From a virus (lineage: Duplodnaviria > Heunggongvirae > Uroviricota > Caudoviricetes), in the IMG/VR virus record IMGVR_UViG_2684622669_000020: a DNA stretch of 34,356 nucleotides; one strand, 5' to 3'. A program made the translations under genes and the position numbers. The notes under the pieces were generated by a model. It made no database searches. It was not told the origin of the DNA and was given only the letters and a program-made list of their open reading frames with translations. Positions 18,101 to 26,275 of the stretch are shown here, one piece after another. Positions within the stretch are counted from its first letter, which is position 1; every line of letters begins with the position of its first letter.

Positions 18101-19682
18101 TCAGTCGCCCCCAGATATCCGCCACAAAGAATGCCTGTGTCAGCAACTGCCGCAGCGTTTCATCCGGCAGCTCCGGCCATGCTTCCGCCAGTACGTTCAT
18201 GGCCTCGTCTGCATCCCGGCCTTCCTGTATGGCCTGCACCAGTGGGGCCACCAGTTCATTCATCCCCTGCGCGATGGCCTCTGCCGGAAGCTCTGCCCGG
18301 TCGATGGCGCGCTGTGCCGGGTCGTCCTCCCCGTTGTCCTGCTGACTGAGCGCGGCAACATTCAGCCGCTCACGCAGCTGGCTGAGGCCCGCCTGCACAG
18401 GGAGATGCTGTGCCACCGGCACCAGTACCTCTTCGCCGTCTTTCGGGGTGGGGATACCGGTTTTTTTGCGTACCCACGACACAGGGATATCCTTCATCCC
18501 CACATTGTTGACCAGCACGTTGACGGCTTCCGCCACGCCCTTAATGTCGGCTTCCTGCTGCACATCAAACACCAGACGCGGCAGACGGCGTGGCGGGATA
18601 TCCTGCCAGCCGTTCAGGCTGGCCATCATCTGTATCAGGCTGCTGAACATGCCGGACAGCTGGCGAGCATCGGCGGCCAGAATGTCGTGCCGGACCTCGT
18701 TATGCACATTACCCAGCGCATTGGTGGAGGTTTTACCGTCAGCCTGGCTGGTCAGCGTACTGCCCAGAATCACTTTTGAGGTGGTACGCTCCGCCCATTC
18801 CACCATCGACATGAACGCCTCCGGTCCGCCGGAGGCGGCCTCCTTGAATTCAATCTCGTTACCCTGCGGCAGGGCTGCCACCGCTTCATGACCCAGATTG
18901 ACCAGCGCCTCAAGAATGTTGTCCCGGTCCTCGTCACTGGTGCCCTGTGCATAGTAAGCAATGCGCGCCGGAAGGCCGTAAATCTCCAGAAATTCTGCCA
19001 TATCACGCAGCGCAAAGTTTTTGAACAGATACGGCCAGACCAGTACGCGGAACAGGCCGGATGAACCCAGGAACCCCGACCGGGCGTTGTAACGGTGAAC
19101 CAGCCAGCCGAACGGCCACAGCGCGGAGCCGTCTTTACCATCTTCCCCACGATTGCCGTCATCCAGACGGAGTTCGTCATTGTGTTCCGGCAGGGTAATG
19201 AACCAGTTATGCGGGCGCAGCGTCACCGCATCCGGTAACCACGTTTTATCCACGAACGCCCAGCTGATTTCCTGACAACTGAAACCGTAACCGACACTGC
19301 TCATCCCGTTGAGGATGATGTCCTCCATGTCCGGGATACCGTGCAGCCAGTCATCCACGGCGGCGGCCAGCTCCTTTTCTGCCTTCGAGGCATTGCGGGG
19401 CGGCTCCACCGACCAGTCCAGCGTCAGCAATGCTTTTTTGCGCTTTTCCATCTCGGCGAACAGATGGCCATCACGTTCTTCCATATCCGCAAACAGCATC
19501 GCCTGCGCCGGAAGATAACCGCGTTCGGCAGCTTCCAGAATGCGCGGCAGTTTTCTGATGTTCAGGCCACGGGACGGGTGGTCGGGATAAATGCGCAGCC
19601 GTTCCGCCACTCTGACCGACTGCGTGGTTTTGAGAGCCTCACGTTTCAGCGGGCGTCCGTAAATATCAACAAGCTGTGCCAT
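18087..19682 (-). CDS. Portal protein (Mu H / gp29-like)
   Basis: 531-aa ORF, ATG at 19682-19680, 4 nt after the terminase large subunit stop. Confidence 0.8.
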   Translation of the reverse strand: MAQLVDIYGRPLKREALKTTQSVRVAERLRIYPDHPSRGLNIRKLPRILEAAERGYLPAQAMLFADMEERDGHLFAEMEKRKKALLTLDWSVEPPRNASKAEKELAAAVDDWLHGIPDMEDIILNGMSSVGYGFSCQEISWAFVDKTWLPDAVTLRPHNWFITLPEHNDELRLDDGNRGEDGKDGSALWPFGWLVHRYNARSGFLGSSGLFRVLVWPYLFKNFALRDMAEFLEIYGLPARIAYYAQGTSDEDRDNILEALVNLGHEAVAALPQGNEIEFKEAASGGPEAFMSMVEWAERTTSKVILGSTLTSQADGKTSTNALGNVHNEVRHDILAADARQLSGMFSSLIQMMASLNGWQDIPPRRLPRLVFDVQQEADIKGVAEAVNVLVNNVGMKDIPVSWVRKKTGIPTPKDGEEVLVPVAQHLPVQAGLSQLRERLNVAALSQQDNGEDDPAQRAIDRAELPAEAIAQGMNELVAPLVQAIQEGRDADEAMNVLAEAWPELPDETLRQLLTQAFFVADIWGRLNAES

Positions 19683-19685
19683 TAA

Positions 19686-21326
19686 TTACCATCCTCCTGA
19701 ACCAAAACGCCCGCCACGGTCACGCCCGGTGCTGCGTGGGGTGTGAATCTGAAATTTTGCGCTGCGCGATACCGCCAGCGTCCACAGCATGTGCAGACAG
19801 TCCGGGCCATCATCGTGGTCGGCTTTGGGGTAGTGGCGCAGCTGGTCAATCAGTGTCTGATGTGTGTGACTGATGCGGATCAGGCCGTTGGCCATATGCG
19901 GCTGAAGGGATTCGATACGCAGCGCCTTATCCTCCAGCGGGATGACCGGCAGCGCCGGAACCGGCACACCCAGCGCCGCCGAACGCTCAACCAGCACGGT
20001 ACGCAGAAACTCCTGAAACTGGACGGACTCAAACGACCAGCACAGGCAGTGATATTCACGCTGATACTTGATCACGTCTTCGATAAGTTTATTCGGCAGA
20101 CGTCGGCGGATATCGGCTTCAACCACATCCAGAATGCCGGTAAAGCGGTTAAAGCCCCCCACGAGAATGGCCGACGGGTCGCGGTTTTTGTTTTTCTTCC
20201 CGAGACTGGGGTCAACAGCACCATAAAACACCCATTCATCAAGACGGTTAACCCAGAATTTAATGCAGCCCGCAAACAGCGCATCTTCACCGCTGACCGG
20301 GTCGTTCTGGTATTCAGAATCAAAGGTGTCGTGACCATCACGGACACGGATTTTCATCAGCGCCAGCAGGGGACGCGCCGCCCATGACACCACCGACCCG
20401 GCGAGCATCTCAGCCTCGTTCTGTCGGTAAAGTGCCTCCGCTGCTTCCGGCTGTTTGTTGCGGATGAGTTCTTCCCACTCGTCCCACAGCTTCATATTGG
20501 CAGGCCACTGAATAACGGCCTTAAAGCGGGCTGTTTTCCACATCGGGTTATTGAGTGTGCGCGACAGTACGGAGTCGTAATGCAGGATGGTCCCGATATA
20601 AATAATATCGGTTTTACCGCCAGCCTCGCCCAGCGGCATCACGGTTTTGGTAAGCCAGTCATGCAGCTTGTCGCGCTGCTCCGGGTTACGCACCATCTCG
20701 TCATTCTCGATGTCGTCGAGGATAACCAGGTCAGGACGGTACGGACCGTGGCGCAGACCACGCAGTTTTTTACCACTACCGGCGACGGTCACCTTGATAT
20801 TGTTGGCCGTGACGATAGTCCCCATACGCCAGACGCGACCCTGCCCGCACACCTCCGGGAAATCGTTTTTTAAACGGGGGTTAAACTCCAGTTCAGCCTT
20901 GATGGCTTCCAGCATCGGATAAGCCTGGTCGATACTGTCCATAATGATGACCGGATAATGTTTAATGGCCCGGATAATGGTCCACAGGGTAAACAGCTGC
21001 GTCACCAGCGTGGATTTTGCTTCGCCACGGGGCGCGGCGATGGCGTCGTTCTCCGGGGCCGGGCTTGCCACAACCTGTGGCAGACGGGTGAACAGGTATT
21101 TATGCAGCTCGCTTTTTGCCGGGTTGCGGACGTAGTGCGGGAAATAGTTTTCGACAAAATAATCGTAGCCCGTCACCGGGTCGCAGACTGCCGCCCGGCG
21201 GGCCTGTGTGGCCTGCGGGTTAACATCGAACCCCAGACATTCAGCCTCGATGGTCTGGCGGAGGTTGGCGATGTACTCCTGCAGGCTTCTCTGAAACTCT
21301 TTAATGGAAAGTTTACGTTTTGCCAC
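19686..21326 (-). CDS. Terminase large subunit (Mu gp28-like)
   Basis: About 546 aa with ATPase and nuclease-like regions; track start at 21344 is TTG, so start moved to GTG 21326, which has AGGTG 5 nt upstream. Confidence 0.8.
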   Translation of the reverse strand: MAKRKLSIKEFQRSLQEYIANLRQTIEAECLGFDVNPQATQARRAAVCDPVTGYDYFVENYFPHYVRNPAKSELHKYLFTRLPQVVASPAPENDAIAAPRGEAKSTLVTQLFTLWTIIRAIKHYPVIIMDSIDQAYPMLEAIKAELEFNPRLKNDFPEVCGQGRVWRMGTIVTANNIKVTVAGSGKKLRGLRHGPYRPDLVILDDIENDEMVRNPEQRDKLHDWLTKTVMPLGEAGGKTDIIYIGTILHYDSVLSRTLNNPMWKTARFKAVIQWPANMKLWDEWEELIRNKQPEAAEALYRQNEAEMLAGSVVSWAARPLLALMKIRVRDGHDTFDSEYQNDPVSGEDALFAGCIKFWVNRLDEWVFYGAVDPSLGKKNKNRDPSAILVGGFNRFTGILDVVEADIRRRLPNKLIEDVIKYQREYHCLCWSFESVQFQEFLRTVLVERSAALGVPVPALPVIPLEDKALRIESLQPHMANGLIRISHTHQTLIDQLRHYPKADHDDGPDCLHMLWTLAVSRSAKFQIHTPRSTGRDRGGRFGSGGW

Positions 21327-21352
21327 GTCACACCTGGTATACAAATATCAGA

Positions 21353-21372
21353 CGGCCCGGAAAACCGGGCCG
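21353..21372 (-). other. 8-bp perfect GC hairpin between terminase small and large subunit genes
   Basis: CGGCCCGG-aaaa-CCGGGCCG, 6 nt after the small subunit stop; no clean T-run follows on either strand. Confidence 0.4.
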
Positions 21373-21378
21373 CTGTGG

Positions 21379-21879
21379 TTAACTGAAATTATCCTCAAGC
21401 TCTTTAGCGAAGCCTTCGAGCACCTCAAGAAACGGGGCATACTGTGCCGGGTGACGCTCCTTGATGAACGCGCCGAGCCGCTGCACCACTTCCAGTGCCG
21501 TGGCGAGCCGGTCGGTTTCCGGCAGGATTTTTTTACTGCTGGCCACCGCCTTACTGAGACTGTCGGACAGACTCGCCAGCAGTTCGACGGACTCCTGCGG
21601 CGGGATGTCCGGGTTCTGGTTCAGCCGTTCAAGCGTCGTCTGACACTTCACCACCAGACTGATAAGCACGGTGCGGGCGACACTTTCCAGCCCGTCACCG
21701 GCGAGCGCGTGCGCGGCCCGCAGCTTGTCCCAGTCGTCGCCGTTCTTCATCGCCTGCGTTTTCCAGCGCCGCGCGGTGTCGTGCGGCACGGCGTATTTCA
21801 TGGCGACGATATCCAGCGGAAGCTGGTCAAAGATGTACCCGTTACGGACTTTGTCCCTGATATCCTGTGACCACGCCAT
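21379..21879 (-). CDS. Terminase small subunit-like protein (Mu gp27-like)
   Basis: 166 aa; N-terminus MAWSQDIRDKVRNGYIFDQLPLD...TARRWK...GDDWDK matches my recollection of Mu gp27-family proteins. Confidence 0.65.
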   Translation of the reverse strand: MAWSQDIRDKVRNGYIFDQLPLDIVAMKYAVPHDTARRWKTQAMKNGDDWDKLRAAHALAGDGLESVARTVLISLVVKCQTTLERLNQNPDIPPQESVELLASLSDSLSKAVASSKKILPETDRLATALEVVQRLGAFIKERHPAQYAPFLEVLEGFAKELEDNFS

Positions 21880-22085
21880 TAAGTGTCCTTCTGAGCCTGT
21901 TCAATCAGGCATTTAACTTCGTCGGGATTTTCAAGAACATACACGTTTTTCCCGGTATCCAGCTCAATGATCGTGCCACCATATGCACCGCACTGACGGT
22001 AAAAATGGGTGATGCGTTCAGCGACTACCATGACAGCGCTGGTGCTCCCTGAGCCTGCGCATTCTGTAAATCTGATAATGCTCAC
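21879..22085 (-). CDS. Hypothetical small protein
   Basis: 68-aa ORF between lysis cassette and terminase, start overlapping the next gene. Confidence 0.45.
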   Translation of the reverse strand: MSIIRFTECAGSGSTSAVMVVAERITHFYRQCGAYGGTIIELDTGKNVYVLENPDEVKCLIEQAQKDT

Positions 22086-22105
22086 TGTGTCAGACCTTCA
22101 AAAAA

Positions 22106-22291
22106 TCAGTTCTGTGATGAACACTGCCGGATGCCGTCAATAATCCGGCAGACCTGCGCCGCCGCGTCAAACAGCTGGCCCGCTCTGTTAATGTCTGTGC
22201 ATCCCACCGGAAGCAACATCACCAGAAACAGGGCCAGAACACAGCGCGCGGCTTTACGTGGCGTTCTGTGTGTCCAGTGCTGACGCGTCAT
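22106..22291 (-). CDS. Small lipoprotein (possible o-spanin-like lysis component)
   Basis: 61 aa with lipobox LLPVGC after a hydrophobic stretch; ATG overlaps the endolysin stop (ATGA). Confidence 0.5.
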   Translation of the reverse strand: MTRQHWTHRTPRKAARCVLALFLVMLLPVGCTDINRAGQLFDAAAQVCRIIDGIRQCSSQN

Positions 22292-22833
22292 ACCGCCACG
22301 CGCTCCTTCAGCCAGCCATAAACAAACGATTCGTTAGCCTCGCGTTTCTCTGCCAGTTCCAGATAGCGGTCACCCTGCGTGCAGTTCAGGGCTGTCAGCA
22401 TCACCCGTTCACCGTCCTGACCGCGATTATTCAGGAAGGCACGCAATGCACTGATGGTACGAGGCCCGATGCGTCCGTCTGCGTCCATATCCGGGTACAG
22501 CCTGCCGCGCAGATTGAACACATTCAGCCAGCGCTGAAGCATTCTGGACGCCACGGTTGGCCCCATATTCACACCGGTATCACACAGCTCTGCGGCAATA
22601 TCAGGGGATAATGCGGCGACCTGGTCAAATCGCGGGCCATACCAGTAATCAGCTTCAAGGATGTCCAGCGCCTGTTCACGGGTTAAATCGCGCATATCGC
22701 CACGGTATCCGTGGGCGCGGGCGACTTTTTCCGTAATGCCCCATTTGGTCGGGCCGCCCTTATCATCCGGGTGATTGACGTAACCGCCTTCTTTGCCCAG
22801 AACTTCATCAAAAATTTCATCTTTTGATTTCAT
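22288..22833 (-). CDS. Endolysin, GH108-type muramidase with peptidoglycan-binding domain
   Basis: N-terminal EGGYVNHPDDKGGPTKWGIT matches the GH108 hallmark as I recall it; no signal peptide or N-terminal TM segment visible. Confidence 0.75.
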   Translation of the reverse strand: MKSKDEIFDEVLGKEGGYVNHPDDKGGPTKWGITEKVARAHGYRGDMRDLTREQALDILEADYWYGPRFDQVAALSPDIAAELCDTGVNMGPTVASRMLQRWLNVFNLRGRLYPDMDADGRIGPRTISALRAFLNNRGQDGERVMLTALNCTQGDRYLELAEKREANESFVYGWLKERVAV

Positions 22834-23113
22834 GTGGATGCCTCAGTAACGAAAGAATTTTTGACAAATTCCCGTGCGCCCACACGATAAGCGCACAGAA
22901 AACCAGATTCAGCGCCACAACCAGCCAGCTGGAGTGCGTGTATGTACCGGACAGCCAGCGGAACGGGATGATGATGTATCCGAGCATCAGCCAGTACGCC
23001 AGCCAGGTAATCAGCGGTTTATGCGCCGCACCGTGGCGGCGATATACAAACAACCCCAGCACAATAGCGAGACACAGCCAGACGTTCACGATACCGGCAA
23101 GGCTACTTTCCAT
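22817..23113 (-). CDS. Membrane protein, holin/antiholin-like
   Basis: 98 aa with three hydrophobic segments; overlaps both neighbours in the lysis cassette. Confidence 0.55.
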   Translation of the reverse strand: MESSLAGIVNVWLCLAIVLGLFVYRRHGAAHKPLITWLAYWLMLGYIIIPFRWLSGTYTHSSWLVVALNLVFCALIVWAHGNLSKILSLLRHPHEIKR

Positions 23114-23495
23114 TTCCCCCCCCTCCGCCGCGCAGTCTGGAAAACAGGCCGAACAGCGATGAAATTTCCTGTTGATAAAGAAAAGTCAGTATCTTGATGG
23201 ATAAAGCAGAGACACCGACCGCACACAATGCATCGAGCGGTTTGTCGTTGTAGTGGGTCAGCCACTGCATCAGTGACGCAGCCACGCCAGCCCCCAGAAC
23301 GCCAACCACAAACGCGACGAGCAGGTGGATGGCCATTCGCCAGACCGGGATTTCTTTCTGCTGCGTGACAACAAAAAGCGCCCCGGCAAACGCGCCCACC
23401 ACGACTCCGAAATCGGTATTGGTGAGAAGACCAAACACACTGGCACCACCGATGGTGACTGCCACAGCTCCGCCGCCTGATAAGGGTTCAGACAT
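23103..23495 (-). CDS. Membrane protein, putative holin
   Basis: Start moved to ATG 23495 (MSEPLSGGG...), which has AGGAGA 6 nt upstream; Gly/Ala-rich hydrophobic segments; first gene after the promoter-like motif. Confidence 0.55.
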   Translation of the reverse strand: MSEPLSGGGAVAVTIGGASVFGLLTNTDFGVVVGAFAGALFVVTQQKEIPVWRMAIHLLVAFVVGVLGAGVAASLMQWLTHYNDKPLDALCAVGVSALSIKILTFLYQQEISSLFGLFSRLRGGGGGNGK

Positions 23496-23628
23496 GAGTT
23501 TCTCCTGTAAATCTGAGCCACTGACGGCCCGTAAATAACACCCTGTCAAAGGCACAGAAGCCTTTTGCAGGGCGCTATCCCTTAAGGTGCCTTGTGGTCT
23601 GAGTGGACAGGGTAAATGGTCTGGTGTG

Positions 23629-23672
23629 GTGGGTACTGCTGGGGGTGTTCAGCACCCCGCCACGGCGGGGTG
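23629..23672 (-). promoter_or_regulatory. Copy B of repeated late-promoter-like element (upstream of lysis cassette) with embedded inverted repeat
   Basis: TGGGTACTGCTGGGGGTGTTCAGCACCCCGCCA (23629-23662), two mismatches from copy A; includes perfect inverted repeat CACCCCGCC-ac-GGCGGGGTG at 23653-23672. Confidence 0.45.
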
Positions 23673-23677
23673 ATAAA

Positions 23678-23956
23678 TCAGAAGCGGGAAAGGGAATCCG
23701 GCGTAATAAGAGGTTTATTGCAAAGCGGAGCAGAGGCGTTAGCCTTTTCCATCGCTGCGCGCATCTCGTTTTCGCTGGCGATGATGTCAGCAATGGCACA
23801 CTGCAACGCTTCTTCCTGAACAACCATATCCGGTTGTTCGGCCATTCGGTTTAGCTGGCTGGCCAGATTTTTCATATAAGCGAAGCGGCGTCCGGCAGCA
23901 TCCCGGGCCTGCTCTGAGTAGGCCGTATACTCGCCAAGTGCCGTATAGTTGGTCAT
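23678..23956 (-). CDS. Hypothetical protein between activator gene and lysis promoter
   Basis: 92-aa ORF with AGGAG 6 nt upstream of ATG 23956; lies downstream of the terminator overlapping the activator gene. Confidence 0.6.
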   Translation of the reverse strand: MTNYTALGEYTAYSEQARDAAGRRFAYMKNLASQLNRMAEQPDMVVQEEALQCAIADIIASENEMRAAMEKANASAPLCNKPLITPDSLSRF

Positions 23957-23980
23957 AAGTGTCTCCTTTTTTGAGGCCCA

Positions 23981-24448
23981 TTAATCAAAAAGCCCCACCT
24001 GGGTGGGGCTTTTCAGCGAAGTCTGTTTTTGTCGTCGGTGTATCAGCTGCCATGCATACCTGTCTGAAATCCCGTAACGGGGACAGAGCAGTGCCAGCGC
24101 CTGCCGGTGTGAGCATCCGTCTTTTACATGCTGCTGTAAATCAGCCATAAAACGGGTGTTACGCAGGGCACGTAACGCATGATCGCAACGGGGAATGTAA
24201 AACGGAGCACCGCCAAGAAAGCGGATCAGTTTGTTGATTTCGTCTTCGGTCAGCACATCATGTAACAGGGCATGGACGCCGCCGGTGCGTTCAGCGTGTG
24301 CGCCGGTTTTACCGCTTAACGTCACGCCACCAAAAGAACGGATTAACCGGGTCAGGGCGGGGAAGCCAATCACGCTAATCAGTTGTTGCACGGAGTCGGG
24401 CAGCAGTGCCTGCGCATCGCGAAGATCTGTTTCACTGAAGGTCTGCAT
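23981..24448 (-). CDS. Mor/C-family transcriptional activator (probable late-gene activator)
   Basis: 155 aa; C-terminal region GGAPFYIPRCDHALRALRNTRF...GISDRYAWQLIHRRQ fits the Mor/C-family DNA-binding region; sits between early genes and the lysis/late block. Confidence 0.75.
   Translation of the reverse strand: MQTFSETDLRDAQALLPDSVQQLISVIGFPALTRLIRSFGGVTLSGKTGAHAERTGGVHALLHDVLTEDEINKLIRFLGGAPFYIPRCDHALRALRNTRFMADLQQHVKDGCSHRQALALLCPRYGISDRYAWQLIHRRQKQTSLKSPTQVGLFD
23992..24013 (-). terminator. Intrinsic terminator overlapping the 3-prime end of the activator gene
   Basis: Minus strand GCCCCACC-ca-GGTGGGGC followed by TTTTTGATTAA; the stem and T-run encode the last residues SPTQVGLFD and the stop. 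Confidence 0.6.
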
Positions 24449-24490
24449 GATGGCGTCTCCGGTAGTAACTTACTGTTATTATAGCCATAC
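24449..24490 (-). promoter_or_regulatory. Candidate promoter for the activator gene (consensus -10, poor -35)
   Basis: Minus-strand TATAAT at 24483-24478, about 29 nt upstream of ATG 24448, with GGAG between; no good TTGACA at the -35 position. Confidence 0.4.
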
Positions 24491-24510
24491 ATGATCGCCT
24501 GTACAGACCA

Positions 24511-24536
24511 CAAAAAAGCCCCTGCAAGGCAGAGGC
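24511..24536 (-). terminator. Intrinsic terminator after the GemA-like gene
   Basis: Minus strand GCCTCTGC-ctt-GCAGGGGC (one G-U pair) followed by TTTTTTG, a few nt after the stop at 24544-24546. Confidence 0.55.
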
Positions 24537-24543
24537 TGATTCT

Positions 24544-24957
24544 TTATTGTTTACGTGCTGCTCTGGCTCGTTTTCTGGCGTCTTTTGTCAGCGCCACCAT
24601 CACCCCGAACAGTTGATCATCTGTCAGCCATTCGATCACATGTTGCTTATACATGTGAGATGCCAGTCCTTCCGCATACGCCCAGGAACGACCGGCATCA
24701 GCCAGCAACGCTTCAATTTTGGATAATACTGATTTTCTGCTCATTGCAACACGGGGGCGGCGACCTTGACCGGCGGGTGCCTTGCGCGGAAATCCCTGTT
24801 CGTGCATGTATTCCCGGATGATGCGCAGTTCATCGAGGTTGCAGCGTGTGGTGCTGGTTTTACCGGTCAGGCGGGCCAGCGTCTGGCGATAAAGGACATC
24901 ATCCCACCCCAGATACGCCTGACCGGTTTTAATGGCTCTGATCATCTTTTTCAGCAT
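24544..24957 (-). CDS. gemA: GemA-like early regulatory protein (Mu gp16 family)
   Basis: Start moved to ATG 24957 (GAGGAT upstream); MLKKMIRAIKTGQAYLGWDDVLYRQTLARLTGKTSTTRCNLDELRIIREYMHEQGF matches the GemA-family pattern as I recall it. Confidence 0.65.
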   Translation of the reverse strand: MLKKMIRAIKTGQAYLGWDDVLYRQTLARLTGKTSTTRCNLDELRIIREYMHEQGFPRKAPAGQGRRPRVAMSRKSVLSKIEALLADAGRSWAYAEGLASHMYKQHVIEWLTDDQLFGVMVALTKDARKRARAARKQ

Positions 24958-25243
24958 GTTTGTTATCCTCAAAACGCACGGTAAAACGTGAAACGCCAAT
25001 CCCTGACAGGAACGCAGCGGCACGGTCAAGAGACAGCCACGTCTTGTAATCGCCACGGCGTTCCTGTAGAAAATAGGACACCCCGGCGCGACGATTCACA
25101 GCAAAGAGGTGATACACACCACCGAACCGCTGCACGACGAACTCATCCACGCCACCGCTTTCAGCCTGTTGCCTGAAAGCTGCCATTCCGATTTGTTCAA
25201 TCTTCATAATGACCAAAACATCACTTTTGGCAGACCAAAACAC
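24929..25243 (-). CDS. Hypothetical protein
   Basis: 104-aa ORF; track start is GTG, first ATG is 25207, neither has a clear SD. Confidence 0.4.
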   Translation of the reverse strand: MFWSAKSDVLVIMKIEQIGMAAFRQQAESGGVDEFVVQRFGGVYHLFAVNRRAGVSYFLQERRGDYKTWLSLDRAAAFLSGIGVSRFTVRFEDNKHAEKDDQSH

Positions 25244-25274
25244 ATGTTTTGGTCTGCGTTTGATTACTGTTCAA

Positions 25275-25460
25275 TCAACCCGCGTAATCGGGGCCGTGTT
25301 CCCATCTGGCATCGAGTATTTCCGTTCCATCTGTCCGGCATGGGTTATCAAGTGCCATTTTTCCGCACTCCCCATACTCGACATCGACAAAATCAGCAAT
25401 ATCATTGTCCGTTGCGTTATCAGGAACGTCGATTTCAACCGTTACGGTGATAGTTTTCAT
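25275..25460 (-). CDS. Hypothetical small acidic protein
   Basis: Start moved to ATG 25460 (MKTITVTVEID...) with GGAG upstream; 61 aa. Confidence 0.45.
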   Translation of the reverse strand: MKTITVTVEIDVPDNATDNDIADFVDVEYGECGKMALDNPCRTDGTEILDARWEHGPDYAG

Positions 25461-25501
25461 CAGGTTGTTACTCCGTGATTCAGAAAATTTCATGCCGGGA
25501 C

Positions 25502-25912
25502 TCAGTATGTGAAATAGACAGTTGCCACACCGTTATAGTGGTCAAACGACACAGCGTTTACCTCATAACTGGCCGGGAGCTTCGAGCCAAGAACGTATCC
25601 GGGCCACGTTTTCCATGGAATTTCTCTGCTCTCACTGTCGCCATATACCGTACATCCCAGTGAGCCTACAGCTTCATAAGAACGCTTACCGCACGTTATG
25701 AACCCCAGATGTTGCTTACTGCCCTTAACAGAAATCGGGAGAGCACTGGCTGATGCGTTAGCAGCGTCCCGCTCCTGTTGGCTTGCGATATTCGCAGAGT
25801 TTGCAGCAGCTACAGCAGCTGTGGTCGCAGCGGTAGATGCCACAATAACTGCTGAAGCCTGCGCCTGTTGGGTAATTGTCAGCAATGCCGCCACAAAAAT
25901 CATTTTCTTCAC
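25502..25912 (-). CDS. Secreted protein with signal peptide (moron-like)
   Basis: GTG start at 25912 with AAGGAGGT 6 nt upstream; N-terminus MKKMIFVAALLTITQQAQA-SA is a typical Sec signal; Ala/Thr-rich linker then a two-Cys C-terminal domain. Confidence 0.65.
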   Translation of the reverse strand: MKKMIFVAALLTITQQAQASAVIVASTAATTAAVAAANSANIASQQERDAANASASALPISVKGSKQHLGFITCGKRSYEAVGSLGCTVYGDSESREIPWKTWPGYVLGSKLPASYEVNAVSFDHYNGVATVYFTY

Positions 25913-25924
25913 CTGGCACCTCCT

Positions 25925-26101
25925 TTACATACCGTGATTTTTCCTGCGGTTTTGCGCCGCGCTGGGCTTTTTGCAACAACTGTGCCCCATAACCCCTAAA
26001 AACCCTGTCAACCTCAACCGTCTGTTACTAATCCTCACCCACCGCCAGACATCAAAGCCGTTTCTGCGAGCTAACAGAATTTTTGCCTTACGGTTTTTCA
26101 T
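25925..26101 (-). CDS. Small basic ORF, paralog 1 (MKNRKAK...)
   Basis: 58 codons; ATG overlaps the upstream stop (ATGA); N- and C-termini shared with the adjacent ORF at 26098-26274. Confidence 0.35.
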   Translation of the reverse strand: MKNRKAKILLARRNGFDVWRWVRISNRRLRLTGFLGVMGHSCCKKPSAAQNRRKNHGM

Positions 26102-26274
26102 CGTACTGCGTACCCTTTATTCCGCCTGTTCTGTGACGCAGTAGGCTTACGCTTTGCGGCAAAAGCCACCTGACCAAATGGATGGAGTACCGCTATCTTA
26201 TGGTTGCTAATAACCAGCTCCACCACACGCACAGGTCGCTGTAAAAGAAGGCGTTTTGCTTTACGGTTTTTCAT
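26098..26274 (-). CDS. Small basic ORF, paralog 2 (MKNRKAK...)
   Basis: 58 codons; ATG at 26274, 1 nt after the upstream stop; same start context GATGAAAAACCGTAA(A/G)GCAAAA as paralog 1. Confidence 0.4.
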   Translation of the reverse strand: MKNRKAKRLLLQRPVRVVELVISNHKIAVLHPFGQVAFAAKRKPTASQNRRNKGYAVR

Positions 26275-26275
26275 C

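Noticed and set aside
17733-18779. 348-aa plus-strand ORF (and nested 17858-18349)
   Set aside because: Antisense to the F-like and portal genes; Pro/Ser/Arg-rich translation; no start context.
19743-20387. 214-aa plus-strand ORF
   Set aside because: Antisense to the terminase large subunit gene; likely spurious.
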